In this document: piece by piece, positions 15,785-28,253 of the stretch
Layout of the letters: each line of letters opens with the position of its first letter
Numbering within the stretch: the stretch's first letter is position 1
Source of the DNA: Hormiphora californensis
Lineage: Eukaryota > Animalia > Ctenophora
Direction: 5' to 3'
DNA: 64,000 bases
NCBI GenBank assembly: GCA_020137815.1
Contig: CM035354.1
Coordinates: forward strand, 5,332,001 to 5,396,000
Notes under the pieces: generated by a model
What the model was told of the DNA's origin: nothing
Database searches by the model: none
Seen by the model: only the letters and a program-made list of their open reading frames with translations
Made by a program: the position numbers and the translations under genes

Positions 15785-16230
15785 CCTTTAAAAAAAAGAG
15801 TTGTTTGTTTGTCTCTACCTCTAAAATGACCTTAAAATGATCATTCATGATCATTAATGATCATTCACTGTCACTGAATGATCATTCATGATTACTTCAT
15901 AATATGCCGAATATCTCTCTATCCCTCTCTCACACTCTCTCACCTGTGGCCCTTGTCAGCGTTTTACTATTATCGAGTCTATTGCTAGGTTGCGAACAAG
16001 CTTATTTTATCTCCAAGATCAAAAATTGTTATCGGAGCACAAAAAAGTGCTCATTTTAAGTGCTCACACTCGGTGGCCCTTGTCAGCGCAATATTTCATC
16101 TAGCCAGCGCAACATGTTAAGAAATATTCACGGTGCACAGGTGTTTCATATCACGTTACTTGTGACGTCATGAGGCAGTTTCCCCCTGTTCGCGTCAAAA
16201 AGGGGTCCCTACTGTGCACACTATACTACT
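15785..16230 (-). repeat. Right terminal inverted repeat of mini-Polinton
   Basis: Mirror of the left TIR; 15911-15942 is a TC-rich block instead. Confidence 0.95.
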
Positions 16231-16271
16231 CCTCCCTCCCCTAGCTCTGATTTAGTAGTAGTTGTTAAGAG

Positions 16272-19200
16272 ATGCGCCGACGAGGTATGCCGGGTGCGTC
16301 CCGAAACAGCCAACAGAAGGTCCTTCTGATGGGACGGAGTGAGGCTGGTAAGTGGGGATTTCTGGGTTTGTGTTAGGGCTGGTAAGTGGGTAAGGGGGCT
16401 GGTAAGTTGGGGTTTCTGGGATTTGTCTTATAGCAGAGTCGATAACTACATCGACCTCTCCCAATTGTTCCAGTTTTTGTCCCATCTGTTTGGAGCCTCG
16501 ACACGACCTCTAAACAGGTGTTACTTTTTCACAAACTGTTTTCATCTTGGTGTAATCAGCAGTTGAAATGTTGCTGATCATAACAAAAACCTGACTAAAT
16601 TTTTTCAACTTGGGGTAAAACCATGGGTGTCAAAAGTTAGCTCTAGGTCCCCTGACTAACCATCCGGAGACTCTAAGAGATATTTCAAGCCGTTCTCCCG
16701 TAATCATTAATCCCGGTAGAGCACATATTTGAGTATGGACGTACGTGCAATTGCCTACAACCTCAACTTTAATGTATAACGTTAATGTGCGTCTCTCTCT
16801 TTTCTCCCCCTTGAGAAAGAGTTATCTCGCGCGGCGCAACCGCACGTGCGGTTTTTCCAGAGAGAGTGAGAGACATACAATAACATGTAAACAGCCTGCC
16901 AGCGCTCACGTACGTCCGCATTGTATTTTTTTCTCCACCGGGATTAATGATTACGGGAGAACGGCTTGAAATATCTCTTAGAGTCTCCGGATGGTTACTC
17001 AGGGGACCTAGAGCTAACTTTTGACACCCATGGTTTTACCCCAAGTTGAAAAAATTTAGTCAGGTTTTTGTTATGATCAGCAACATTTCAACTGCTGATT
17101 ACACCAAGATGAAAACAGTTTGTGAAAAAGTAACACCTGTTTAGAGGTCGTGTCGAGGCTCCAAACAGATGTGACAAAAACTGGAACAATTGGGAGAGGT
17201 CGATGTAGTTATCGACTCTACTATTATAGGAGCGAACTTTTAGTATCCACTATCCACCCGGATCCCTGTAATGTCCCTATCTCACCAGGTAAGACAAGTA
17301 TGAGAAGTATTATATTTGCCAACTACATTGCCAGTGATACCCGCCGGTTGGGGGCAACTATCGAGGTGGAGCAATCTAATGTTCGGTTCCTGGACAACTT
17401 GGTGTTAAATATCTGGGATTGTGGTGGCCAGGATGCCTTCATGGACACATTCTTTACCACCCAGGCAGACATCCTCTTCTCCCACGTACAGGTATGTAAT
17501 ATGTCTGGGTAATGGGTATTGGGTGTATTGTTTATTGCTTACCCCGGTATGAAATAGGAATTCTATTCTTCCTCAAAGTGGCAGTAAGAGCTTTTGCCGC
17601 GTTAAAATGCATTAGTACAGTTTGGTAAATGCACATTTACAATGCGAATATATTTTATGCTATAGAGTGCTATTTTCAGCATTCATCTCTTCACAATATA
17701 TTCCGCTTTAAATAGCGGCTATTTAATTAGTACTGTCCGTAGTAATGCATCCGATACACACTACCCACATCACAGTCGTTCATTTAAAACGATTTAAATT
17801 GCCATTTAATTCCAAGAAGCATTCATCTCTCTCATGCTCTATCCAGGTGCTGACTGCACTGGTATAACCTCATTTCCCTCCAGGTGTTGATATTCGTGTT
17901 TGATGTCCAGAGTAGTGATGTAAAGAAGGACCTGGAGGTATTCCAATCCTGCATAGAAACTGGAATCCTGAAACACAGCAAAGATGCAAAAGTAGGTTTT
18001 GTACCTTCGAACACACGTGTAAATAGAAGATTGTATTACATATCATGATTATATTTCCATCGGTTTAAAATCGGTTTAAGTTTCTCTACAACTAAACATG
18101 TTCCCCCCTCCTCAGATTTACTGTTTAATTCACAAGATGGATCTGATACCTAAAGCACAGCGAGACGAAGTATTCACTGCACGGAGGAAAGAACTGGAAT
18201 TCCTCTCAAAACCTCTTCAGGTAACATGCCCCCACAATAAATCTTCTCCATGATAATAGTCAGGACCACTATTGGTGCGCGGTCGTGCCCACGGAAGGAG
18301 TGCTTGGATCATCTTGAAACCGGTTTTAAGTTCACTAATGCATACCCAAAAGTGTCCGTAGCCATTTGGGTGATGTTCTGACAATCCAATCACGAGTTAT
18401 GACCGAAAAACAGTCAAAAAAGACGTTTTAAAGTGACAAAAAGGAGGATCTGAACACAGCCCTTATATGAAGGGCTGGGGCTTTGAAACTTCTTGTGTGA
18501 ACAGAGAATCGTCCAAATTTGCAGTGTCAACTTTCAGATAGTTTCTATCTTTTGTAGTTATCTAATTAGAGCCATTCAAACATGTGAGACGATCTGTATG
18601 ACCCTGCAAAACAGAGTGATTAGGTACTTCTTCCGTCTCATATTGCTTGCTCTCACCGCTTGTATGCTTTAATCCGCTCTCTAATTGGGCAAATCTCGTC
18701 AAGTGATCACTTCACAAGCAGTATCATAGGCCCCTTTAGCAACTTCTCACATGTTTAAACGACTCTAATTAGATAACTACAAAAGATAGAAACTATCTGA
18801 AAGTTGACACTGCAAATTTGGACGATTCTCTGTCCACACAAGAAGTTTCAAAGCCCCAGCCCTTCATATAAGGGCTGTGTTCAGATCCTCCTTTTTGTCA
18901 CTTTAAAACGTCTTTTTTTGACTGTTTTTTGGTCATAACTCGTGATTGGATTGTCAGAACATCACCCAAATGGCTACGGACACTTTTGGGTATGCATTAG
19001 TGAACTTAAAACCGGTTTCAAGATGATCCAAGCACTCCTTCCGTGGGCACGACCGCGCACCAATAGTGGTCCTGACTATAATATATGCCCCCCCCCCCCC
19101 ACACAATAAAGCTTCTCCATGATAATGTATCATGTATGTGATTTTCTACAATAACTCCTTTAAATTTGGGGAAACAGGGTCGAGCAAGACAAGAGATTCT

Positions 19201-20240
19201 AATTTCCGTCCCCCTTCCCCTGGCCCTGTTCGACGCTATCTCTCCACGTCCTGGGGCCTGGGTTAGAACATAATGTTATTAACAACTCCGTCCCCCCCCC
19301 AGATCTCATGTTTTGCAACCTCTATCTGGGATGAAACTCTGTACAACGCTTGGAGCACGATCATGTCCCTGTTGATACCGAACAGTGGGGCTCTCACTCA
19401 CAATTTGAAGAAGTTCGCTGATCATATAGATGCTGATGAGGTAGGTACTGCATGTACCCTGTGTATGTGGATAAACCATCAAAATTCAAAGGGTTTGAGC
19501 AGTCTGTATAAGATGCGAGAACTGCCCCCACTAGTAATCACTGCATGGTTCAAAGTTTGAAGAACGTTTGAACAAACAGCACACCCGATATATCTGTACT
19601 CCAAACACCCTGTTAATGTCCCCCCAACACCCACTTTATCCCCGCGCAGGTATTGTTGTTTGAGAAGGCGACGTTCCTAGTTGTGGCACACCACATGAGA
19701 AAAGAGCACAGTGATCCGAACAGATTTGAGAAGATATCCAATATTATCAAACAGTTCAAATTGAGCTGTACCAAGATGCAGAGTACCTTCACTTCTATTG
19801 AGGTATGAGTTGGTAACCAGGTAACTTGTTACTAGACGGTAACCATAGTAACCACTTGTTTTTGTAACTAGAATGTAACCAAGGTTACCACTTGCAAGTC
19901 ACAAGTCACAACTAGAAGCACGAAGGTTAACAGTTACTGTTTCAGATTCGGAATAGTAGTTTTGCAGCCTATATTGACCTCTTTACCTCTAACATGTACA
20001 TAATGGTAGTTACCAGTGATCCTGCGGTGAGTCCCTTGTTATGTGTCTCTTTGGTTATGACTTGGGTCTAAATTCAAACATTAGTTAGGCCCATTGTCCA
20101 ATATATTTGTTTTCTATTGTTCTACTACTAACTTTACTCTCTAAATAGTGTTGCTAACCCCTCATTCTCTGCAGGTGTGTTCGGATGCAGTAAAGATGAA
20201 TATCAACACTGCCAAACAGTTCTTTAAGGAGCTCTCCTAG
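16272..20240 (+). CDS. RRAGA: Ras-related GTP-binding protein RagA/B (exons 16272-16347, 17289-17491, 17884-17991, 18116-18220, 19303-19440, 19650-19802, 19946-20026, 20175-20240)
   Basis: [11 protein letters not shown]|[66 protein letters not shown]. All introns are GT-AG. Confidence 0.95.
16431..17223. mobile_element. Non-autonomous foldback DNA transposon (TAG...CTA ends, TTA TSD) in RagA intron 1
   Basis: ~290-bp near-perfect inverted arms. TTA at 16428-16430 and 17224-17226. Confidence 0.85.
18257..19078. mobile_element. Non-autonomous foldback DNA transposon (TAG...CTA ends, TAA TSD) in RagA intron 4
   Basis: ~330-bp near-perfect inverted arms. TAA at 18254-18256 and 19079-19081. Confidence 0.85.
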
Positions 20241-20832
20241 TCCTCTCATACCGCTCCTAGTAGTATGATCTTGGGCTAATGTGTGATCTCTTCGTGGTGG
20301 TTCATTGATGACTTAATATCTTGAGTGTCTCTCCGCTGGCTGGAAATACGGGACAAAAGACTTGAAAAAACTCAGAAAATTTTATCGGACAGAATGGGGT
20401 GGGAATATCGTTACGAAAAAGCGAGAATTGAGAAAGTGAAATTGATGAGAAAAAGGGCCAAGGGGCGAGAAAGCAGGTTATAGTGAAGAAAATTATAATA
20501 TAGAGATCAGAGAGAGATTGAAGTGTCTCTGTTTTGTATTGTCCGTTATATTGATTTTGTATTACGTGTACCTGGTACTTTCTTTTTATTGACTTTTTTA
20601 TGTTGAAATTAATTATTGAAAAGACAACGAACCGAGTTATAATTGTCTTTTATTTCCCCGCTATCCCCTCATTTCAAAGTGTTTTCCCCTCATATGTCCC
20701 ATTTTTTCTACATCTCCTAATTCTCTCTGTAGCCCACATTGACCCCCCTCCTGTCTTGTTTTTAGCCCACATCCACCTCAGCTAATTCCCCTATCTGCAG
20801 CCCCTCATCTCCTACCCTTCTTCGTAGCCCAG

Positions 20833-23800
20833 ATGCCGCTGCGGTTTGACATCAAAAGGAAGCTCAGTGCCCGATCCGACAGGGTTAAAGCACTTGATGT
20901 CCATCAAAATGAGACGTGGCTTCTTGTAGCTCTATACAGGTAAACATCACAAACAGAAACAGAACATTTGTGTGTAAAACAGTTTGAAAACAGTATGAAT
21001 ACAAGTCAAACTCTCCTTTTCTCTCCCAGTGGTCATTTGAACATTTGGAACTACGAGACCCAATCGTTGGTAAAGACTATAGAGGCTACCAGCAATGACC
21101 TCCCTATTCGAGCTGCCCGATTTGTGGAACGCAAATCGTGGGTCATCTGTGGTGAGTTAAGTAGAGAGTCAGATGGTTCAGGTTTTATGTTTATAGAGTG
21201 AGTCTTGTATTGAACAACCCCCCCCCCCTCCCCGGGACCCCCATGCAGTTTTGCCACGCCCCTGACCCCTGTGTGTGTGTGTTTCAGGTGCGGATGATAT
21301 GCAGGTTCGGGTGTACAATTACAACACAATGGATAAAGTACACTCCTTCGAGGCCCATGCTGACTACATCAGGTGTGTTTTTTGTTATCTCTAGCCACCC
21401 CAGGCTGGGGCCACCACTGATCTCTATCCCTGCTTTCTTTGTTAATCCCTCTCTCTCTCCCTCTGATCAATGTATGGTGTCACTCCGTGTATAACACAGG
21501 CCATGTCACAAACAAATTGTGTGTTTTTGTTACGGGCAACTGTTACAGTTGTTATGTAGTAGCTGCAGCAATAATAGCTGTAGCTACTGGCTCAATACAC
21601 GCAGCTAACGTACACATATACCTTGCTGCAGCATACAAACACACCGCATAGCGTGGTTTGTATTACACCCCCTTCACTAACTCTCATCCCTCCACTTCCT
21701 AACCTCCCCTCCCTCCCCCAGGTGTATAGCAGTCCACCCAACCCAATCCTACATTCTGACCTGTTCTGACGATATGTCCATCAAGCTGTGGGACTGGAGT
21801 AAGAATTGGACTTGTGCCCAAACCTTCGAGGGGCACACCCACTATGTGATGCAGGTGGTCTTCAACCCTAAAGATACCAACACTTTCGCTAGTGCCTCCC
21901 TCGATCGATCCATTCGGGTAAGAGATGAGAAATATTAAATTACTTTTTCGTATGGATGTTCAACTGGCAGGATTTTACTCTACCTCCCCCCTTCAGGTCT
22001 GGCAATTAGGCTCCACCCAACCTAATTTCACCCTAATGGGCCACGAAAAAGGTGTCAATTGTGTGGATTACTATCGGGGTGCTGATAAACCCTACCTGAT
22101 CTCCGGTGCTGATGATTTCACGGCCAAGATTTGGGACTACCAAAACAAATCATGTGTCCAGACCCTCAGCGGTCACACCCAAAACATTACGAGCGTGTGT
22201 TTCCACTCTGATATGCCCATTATAATCACTGGTTAGTAGCGCTGACAAGGGTCACTGAGTGTCATTATCTTCCACGTGTAATGGTATTGGGAGCCACGCG
22301 ACTAGCAGACATTGTCCAGTGAGGCGATAGGACGAGGGCGCGGACAGTGCGCGTTCGGTGATGACACCGGCACGCGCGCACCCGCTCCTTGAAACCTGGA
22401 ATTGTGGTGTAGTGGAGTGATTCACTCACTGCAGCAGTGATTTTATTCAAAGTTGGCCCAATTCTAACTCTACCTCCCTTCTCCCCTCAGGTTCGGAGGA
22501 TGGTACAATCAGATTGTGGCATGCCAACACCTACCGACTCGAATTCACCCTAAACTACGGATTTGAGAGGGTATGGTGTGTGGCACAGCTGGCCAGTTCC
22601 AATACTCTCAGTATCGGATATGACGAGGGTACTATTATGATCAAACTTGGCAGGGAACAGCCTGCCATAACCATGGACAATAGTGGAAAAATAATCTGGG
22701 CTAAACACTCCGAGATACAGCAGGCCAATGTAAAGGCACTGGGTGACCAGGATATTAAGGATGGTGAAATCCTGCCCCTGTCGGTGAAGGATCTTGGAAG
22801 TTGCGAGATCTTCCCCCAGACACTTATACACAACCCTAACGGAAGGTAGGATTTAATATTATCATCCAAATACGGGAATACTGTCTCCTACCCGATACGA
22901 GGTAGTATCCCCTGCCCGCATTGCAGTTTTCTTGACACTATTCCCCGTTAGGTTTGTGGTGGTGTGTGGTGATGGGGAGTACATTATCTACACAGCCCTG
23001 GCTTGGAGAAACAAGAGTTTTGGATCTGCGGAGGAATTCTGTTGGGCCGCTGATTCTTCCATGTATGCCGTGAGGGAGGGAAACAACAGGGTCAGAATCT
23101 TCAAAAACTTTAAGGAACAGAAGGTTTGTTTACTAAGTTTGTACTGTTTTTAACCTTTTATTTCATATAAATCGTTGCCTTTCGATCTTGTTGGGTGTAA
23201 ATCCTGTGTTTCTAGTTCCCCTAAAGGATTTATGTTTCTAATTCCCCCATGTTCTGCAGGATTTCCAGCCCGACTACGGTGTTGATGGGATATTTGGAGG
23301 CCAGCTGCTTGGTGTAAAGAGTGGCAGTGGACTCACATTCTACAATTGGGAAAACAGTGAACTTGTCAGGAGGATTGAGGTCACACCCAACCAGGTACTT
23401 GATTAGCTCAGCCCCTCTTATCTGATCAAAATAGGGTATAAGCAGGTCCATCTAGAGCAGTCTCTAAATTCCACAATCCACACCTGAGTTTCCTCTTCTA
23501 AACCCATCTTTATATTGTAACATCTCTCTCCCCCTCTACCCCACTCCCCGTGTATTATATCCCCCTCTCCCACCTCCAGGTATACTGGTCAGATAACGGT
23601 GAACTGGTGTGTATCGCAACAGAGGAGGAGAGTTACATGCTCCGGTTCTACCCTGAGAAGGTTGAGGGTACACCACCTGACGAGGATGGGTTCGAGGAGG
23701 CACTTGATGTGGTCGGAGAACTGGCTGACAAAGTTGTTACTGGTAATTGTGGGGGGATTTATTACAGCGTTATATCCAAATAATCACAGAATATAACCCT

Positions 23801-26800
23801 TCTTCTCTTCCTCTACCTAAACATACACTTACCTTCACCAGGTGCCTGGGTGGGTGACTGTTTCATCTACACCAACGGAGAGAACAGGCTGAACTACTTT
23901 GTGGGAGGGGAGATAGTTACTATCTCACACCTGGACAGACCCCAGTACATCCTGGGGTACATTGCCAAGGACAGTAAACTATATCTGGGTGATAAGGATC
24001 TTAATGTCACCAGCTTCGCCCTCAAAACTGCAGGTTTGTGTTCCAGTTATAGTCAAACGGCCTTCTTTGTTCCCCTCACATCTTGGTACTAACTATTTCG
24101 ATGTATCCTCTCTAGTTAAGCTTTTATACATCTTTACACATCCTCATCCCCCCCAGTTTTGGAGTACCAGACGGCGGTGATGAGACAGGACTTTGATGCA
24201 GCAAATGAGATCCTGCCTAGTATAGAGGAGGAGCACAGAACCAGGGTAGCTCAATTCCTGGAAAAGCAGGGATTCAAGGAGCAGGCGATGGCAGGTATGA
24301 AGATCTCATTGTTTCTAGGGGCACAGTGCAGCTTTGCATCACCAATTTCACATAACTATATGGAAATGTATCCTCTATTTCTTGTTGTATTAACAACCCC
24401 TCCCCCTTCCCCAGTGAGTGTGGATCCCTCTCACAAGTTTGAGCTAGCTCTCCAGCTGAATGACTTTGCCACCGCATTCAACCTTGCCGAGGAACACAGC
24501 AGTGAGAACAGGTGGAAGCAACTCTCTGACCTTGCCCTTAGAAACTCTGACTTCCAACTCGCTAAAACATGTGAGTAATGAATATTATCGAAGTCCAAAT
24601 AAAGGAGACCGACCCAATATAACTAGAATAACAGGTCCAAAAGAACCATATTGAAACTTCTACCCACCATATATCAGGTATGCTAAGAGCGAAGGACTAC
24701 AGTGGCCTGCTCCTCCTTGCCTCCTCTCTAGGAGATGCCGAGTGCCTGGAACAACTTGCAGAATCAGCTCACAGCGCTGGAAAGGAGAACATCGCATTCA
24801 CCGCCTACATGATGCTGAACAATATTCCCAAGTGTTTGGATCTGTTGATTGAGACTGAGCGGTATCCGGAGGCGGCCATCATGGCCAAAACTTACATGCC
24901 CAGCAAGGTAATATTTGCCTTGCTCGACCCTCTCTCACCAAGTATTGTAAAGCAGGGGGGGGGCGACATGTTAATTGTTAATAAATCACCTCTTTTTTTC
25001 GATTTTGTTAATTAACGTTAATTAACAAAATTAACAAAGTTAACAAATCAGCAAAAACTGTTCTTATTGGTTGATAATACGACTTTAACTGGTTTAATTT
25101 TATAGTTTAATGACTTTTCTAACACATATAAACCCAAACAAGGCCTCTTCCGATAACCAAAGTCCGACATACATGTTTTTTGGCTCAAAATCGATAAAAT
25201 CCAAAAGTTACAAATATTTCAATTTAGCGTATAAAATCTCACTTTAACGTGATTTTTTCATCGATAATCGATTCTTTGAACGAAAGAAGATGATGTACAA
25301 CGTTTCTGTCGGAAAAAGAAACAAAATATTTCCAAAATCAATTTTTTGGTCAAAAATTGAAAATTTGCTTCGCTACAAATCCTTGTGTTTTTTTAGAAAA
25401 ATTGATTTTTGGGATATTTTTGTTTTATGGTAAATTCATGAGTCTCAATTAGTTTTTAGGGTTTAAAAAAGGTGGATTAGGGTCAATTGACTTCAATTGC
25501 GGTTTAGTTTGGCTAGTTTTTATTAAAATTTACACAATGGAACAAATCGCTGTAGAAAAGCCGTAGTAGAGGTTAGTAGGAGTGTGCAAATCGTGCAAAA
25601 GGAACAACTTTGCTCGCAGAACAAGTGTTAAATACCAAAAACACGCGCTAAAGGTGATTTAGATGGCATAAATGGCATTTGTTAACGTTTGTTAACTTTT
25701 TGTTAATTTTGTTAATAAATCACCTGTTTTCTCGATGTTAATATTAACAAAGTTAACAAAATTAACATGTCGCACCCCCCAAAGCAGGGTTCATACTGTT
25801 CATACTGCCTCTTACCGGGACGAACGATTCAAGGAAAAAACCTATATTTTGAATATCTTCACCACGTTCATTGACAGGTATCCAGTATCCTGGCCCTGTG
25901 GAAAGATGACCTGAAGAAGACCAATGAAAAGGCAGCTGAGGCCCTGGCTGACCCCATGCAGTATGAGAACTTGTTCCCCGAACTTCAACTAGCCATGAAG
26001 GCTGAACGGGTAATGCCAACCAAATGGTTACCAGTCAATGTGCGGCTCACACCGTCATTTTGTAGATCTAACCGCCCAATGCCACTCTAAACTTTTAATC
26101 CGCAGTGTTGCACTAAACTAATGTAACTCCCTGACTTGTCCCAGGTACTGGAGAATGAGAGGAAGACTCTTGTTCCTGCAGCATCCTACCCCACTGTAAC
26201 ACCCAACTGGGAGAGGGACGTCCTAGCTGAGACTGAAGCAGCACTTGCAGGTATGTAACCAGTTCAATACCACCACCACCCACAGTTCAATACTCAATAC
26301 GTGCCTCGGGGATTTTATCACATACATACCATGTATGTATCATGTGGTCCCCTAGTTGTCCCCAAAGTGTAACACCACATGTTCCAATTTCACAGGTATG
26401 TCTGTTGAGATAGAGGCGTCTCCACCTGCCTCTGAAATGATAACTGCAGAACCAAAAGAGGACCACCCTGTTATTGGAGAGAAGCAGGACAAGGAGGTGG
26501 AGTTTGAAAAACAGGATGAACCTGTTACACAAGGTAAGTGAGTGTGTATTAATTAAATTGTGTGAAAACTTTTTACTAAAAAGCCTTTTTAATGCCGTGC
26601 GTCTGTTTGTGTGTGCTGATTTCTTACATACAAGTTTCTTCTTTTGAGTGTTATTCATTTACAGATTGTGTGTTTGATAATTTTGTGACACCCGCCATAT
26701 CACCACTGGCTGAGATCGCTGAACATGGTATTGTGGCTGAACCTGCTGATATAGCACCGCCTCAATTAGCACCTACCGCGGCTATAATAGCACCCACTGA

Positions 26801-27498
26801 AGATAGTGGTGTTGAATTAGCACCTGCAGTAACGGCTATAGCACCTTTAGGTGACGTGATACCACCCGCTGCTGAAGATGTGGCTAGTGAATTAGTGTCT
26901 GAATTAGAACTTCCTGAATCGTCTGAAGTGGCTGAGTCACCAGATGATGTTGCTAATCTGTCACCTGAGCCTGTGTCTGCTGATCTGTTTGATCTGCCAA
27001 CTCAAATAGCAGCTGTAGATGAGTCAGCAGATGATGTATCACAACACGTTGCTGAAGTAGAAATATCACAACACGTTGCTGAAGTAGCGCCTACTACTGA
27101 AGTAGCATCTGTAGATGTTGAAGTAGCACCTGCAGGCAGCAGCTGATATAGCACCACATGCTGCTGATGTAGCACCTGCTCAAGAGCCGCTAATTGGTGA
27201 AGATAATGACCCACTAATTGATGACGAATTTGATTGGCCAGTTGACCCAATTATGGAAGGATCTGATTCAGTTGATTCGGTTACTGAACCACCCCAAAAC
27301 ACCTCACCTCCCCCTCTCTCAGAACCACCGGCAGCAGTGCCCGCAGCAGCAAGTTTTGACACCTCTGAGGACGCAAAGTTATTCGGGAATTCCAGTACTG
27401 ACTTCCTGGAGGATGTGAATCAGGAAATAGCGGACCTGAACCTTGACGATATTAATGTCGATGACATCGATATTGATGACGAAAATCTCTTTGATTAG
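20833..27498 (+). CDS. COPB2: Coatomer subunit beta' (multi-exon; one apparent +1 frameshift at ~27135)
   Basis: [21 protein letters not shown]40 repeats ([27 protein letters not shown]), [44 protein letters not shown], acidic end [21 protein letters not shown]. Confidence 0.96.
24956..25780. mobile_element. ~825-bp non-autonomous DNA transposon in a COPB2 intron
   Basis: TIRs GGGGGG(G/T)GCGACATGTTAATT, subterminal TTAAC repeats, TSD AAAGCAG(GG) on both sides (7-9 bp, blurred by the G run). G-rich ends with a long TSD fit MULE/Merlin-type elements. Confidence 0.8.
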
Positions 27499-28253
27499 AA
27501 AACGGGAGCGGTAGAATGTATTCTCGAGAGATTGAGAATATTATTGTCTATCAAAGGGGACATAACTTGAATTTGTTTGGGAACTGTGTGCGGTGAGTTA
27601 AGTAGAGCTAAAATATCATTATGAAATGTGTGAATAGAATTTAGAGCAGGGCTCTGTAGAATCGTGGGGGACAGTGTTCTTGAAATACCAAGCTGGGATC
27701 TTGAAATACCAAGCTGGGATCTTGGATCTAAGTTAGAAGAGGGAGAGAGAAACCCACCTTCAGCTTCTCTTCTCTTGTTAATTTCGGGATACTATTTATA
27801 ATGTTTGAGTAAACCTGGGGTAAGACATATATACATACAGTGAGTGTACTTCATTTAAATTTAGTTAGTTTTTTGTCACATTCACGCTTTTGTGTTGTTC
27901 GATAGGTACCTTTGCACGCTATATACACTGTACAATTTTTAATGTACAATGCCAAATTGTACATCTTGTGAAAGAGAAGTGAAATCGAGATTTTTGCATT
28001 ATATTATGTGTGTGAGATACTTGATGTGTAATTTTGAGAGAGAGAAACACATAACTGCAATTAAATATCGATTTTCTTCTTGCAGAGCTATTGCGTTTCC
28101 TTGATCCTCCCTTACCTTGATCTACCGAACCCTCACAGAGATGATGTGAGCCTCACAAATCCTCCCTTGACTCACACTCCAATCAGCTTCTGTACCAAAC
28201 CCTGACACCAATATAATGTTATCCACTAATTCCCATTCTCTCGGTATAGCATA

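Larger units (their letters stand above)
12687..16230. mobile_element. Mini Polinton/Maverick (adintovirus-like) element, 3,544 bp, structural genes only
   Basis: Termini 5'-AGTAGTATAGT...ACTATACTACT-3'. 6-bp TSD CCTCCC (12681-12686, 16231-16236). ~447-bp TIRs. Encodes Polinton-type major and minor capsid proteins. Confidence 0.93.

Noticed and set aside
12687-16230. Autonomous Polinton, or a domesticated host capsid gene
   Set aside because: There is no room for, or trace of, pPolB or integrase. Intact TIRs and TSD indicate a recent mobile insertion, not an old domestication.
8740-27146. Programmed frameshifting in GK5, the element Zn-finger gene and COPB2
   Set aside because: All are single-base changes in short homopolymers without a clear slippery heptamer plus structure. 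Consensus error or mutation is simpler.
27678-27723. 21-bp direct duplication in the COPB2 3' region
   Set aside because: Simple local tandem duplication with no further structure.
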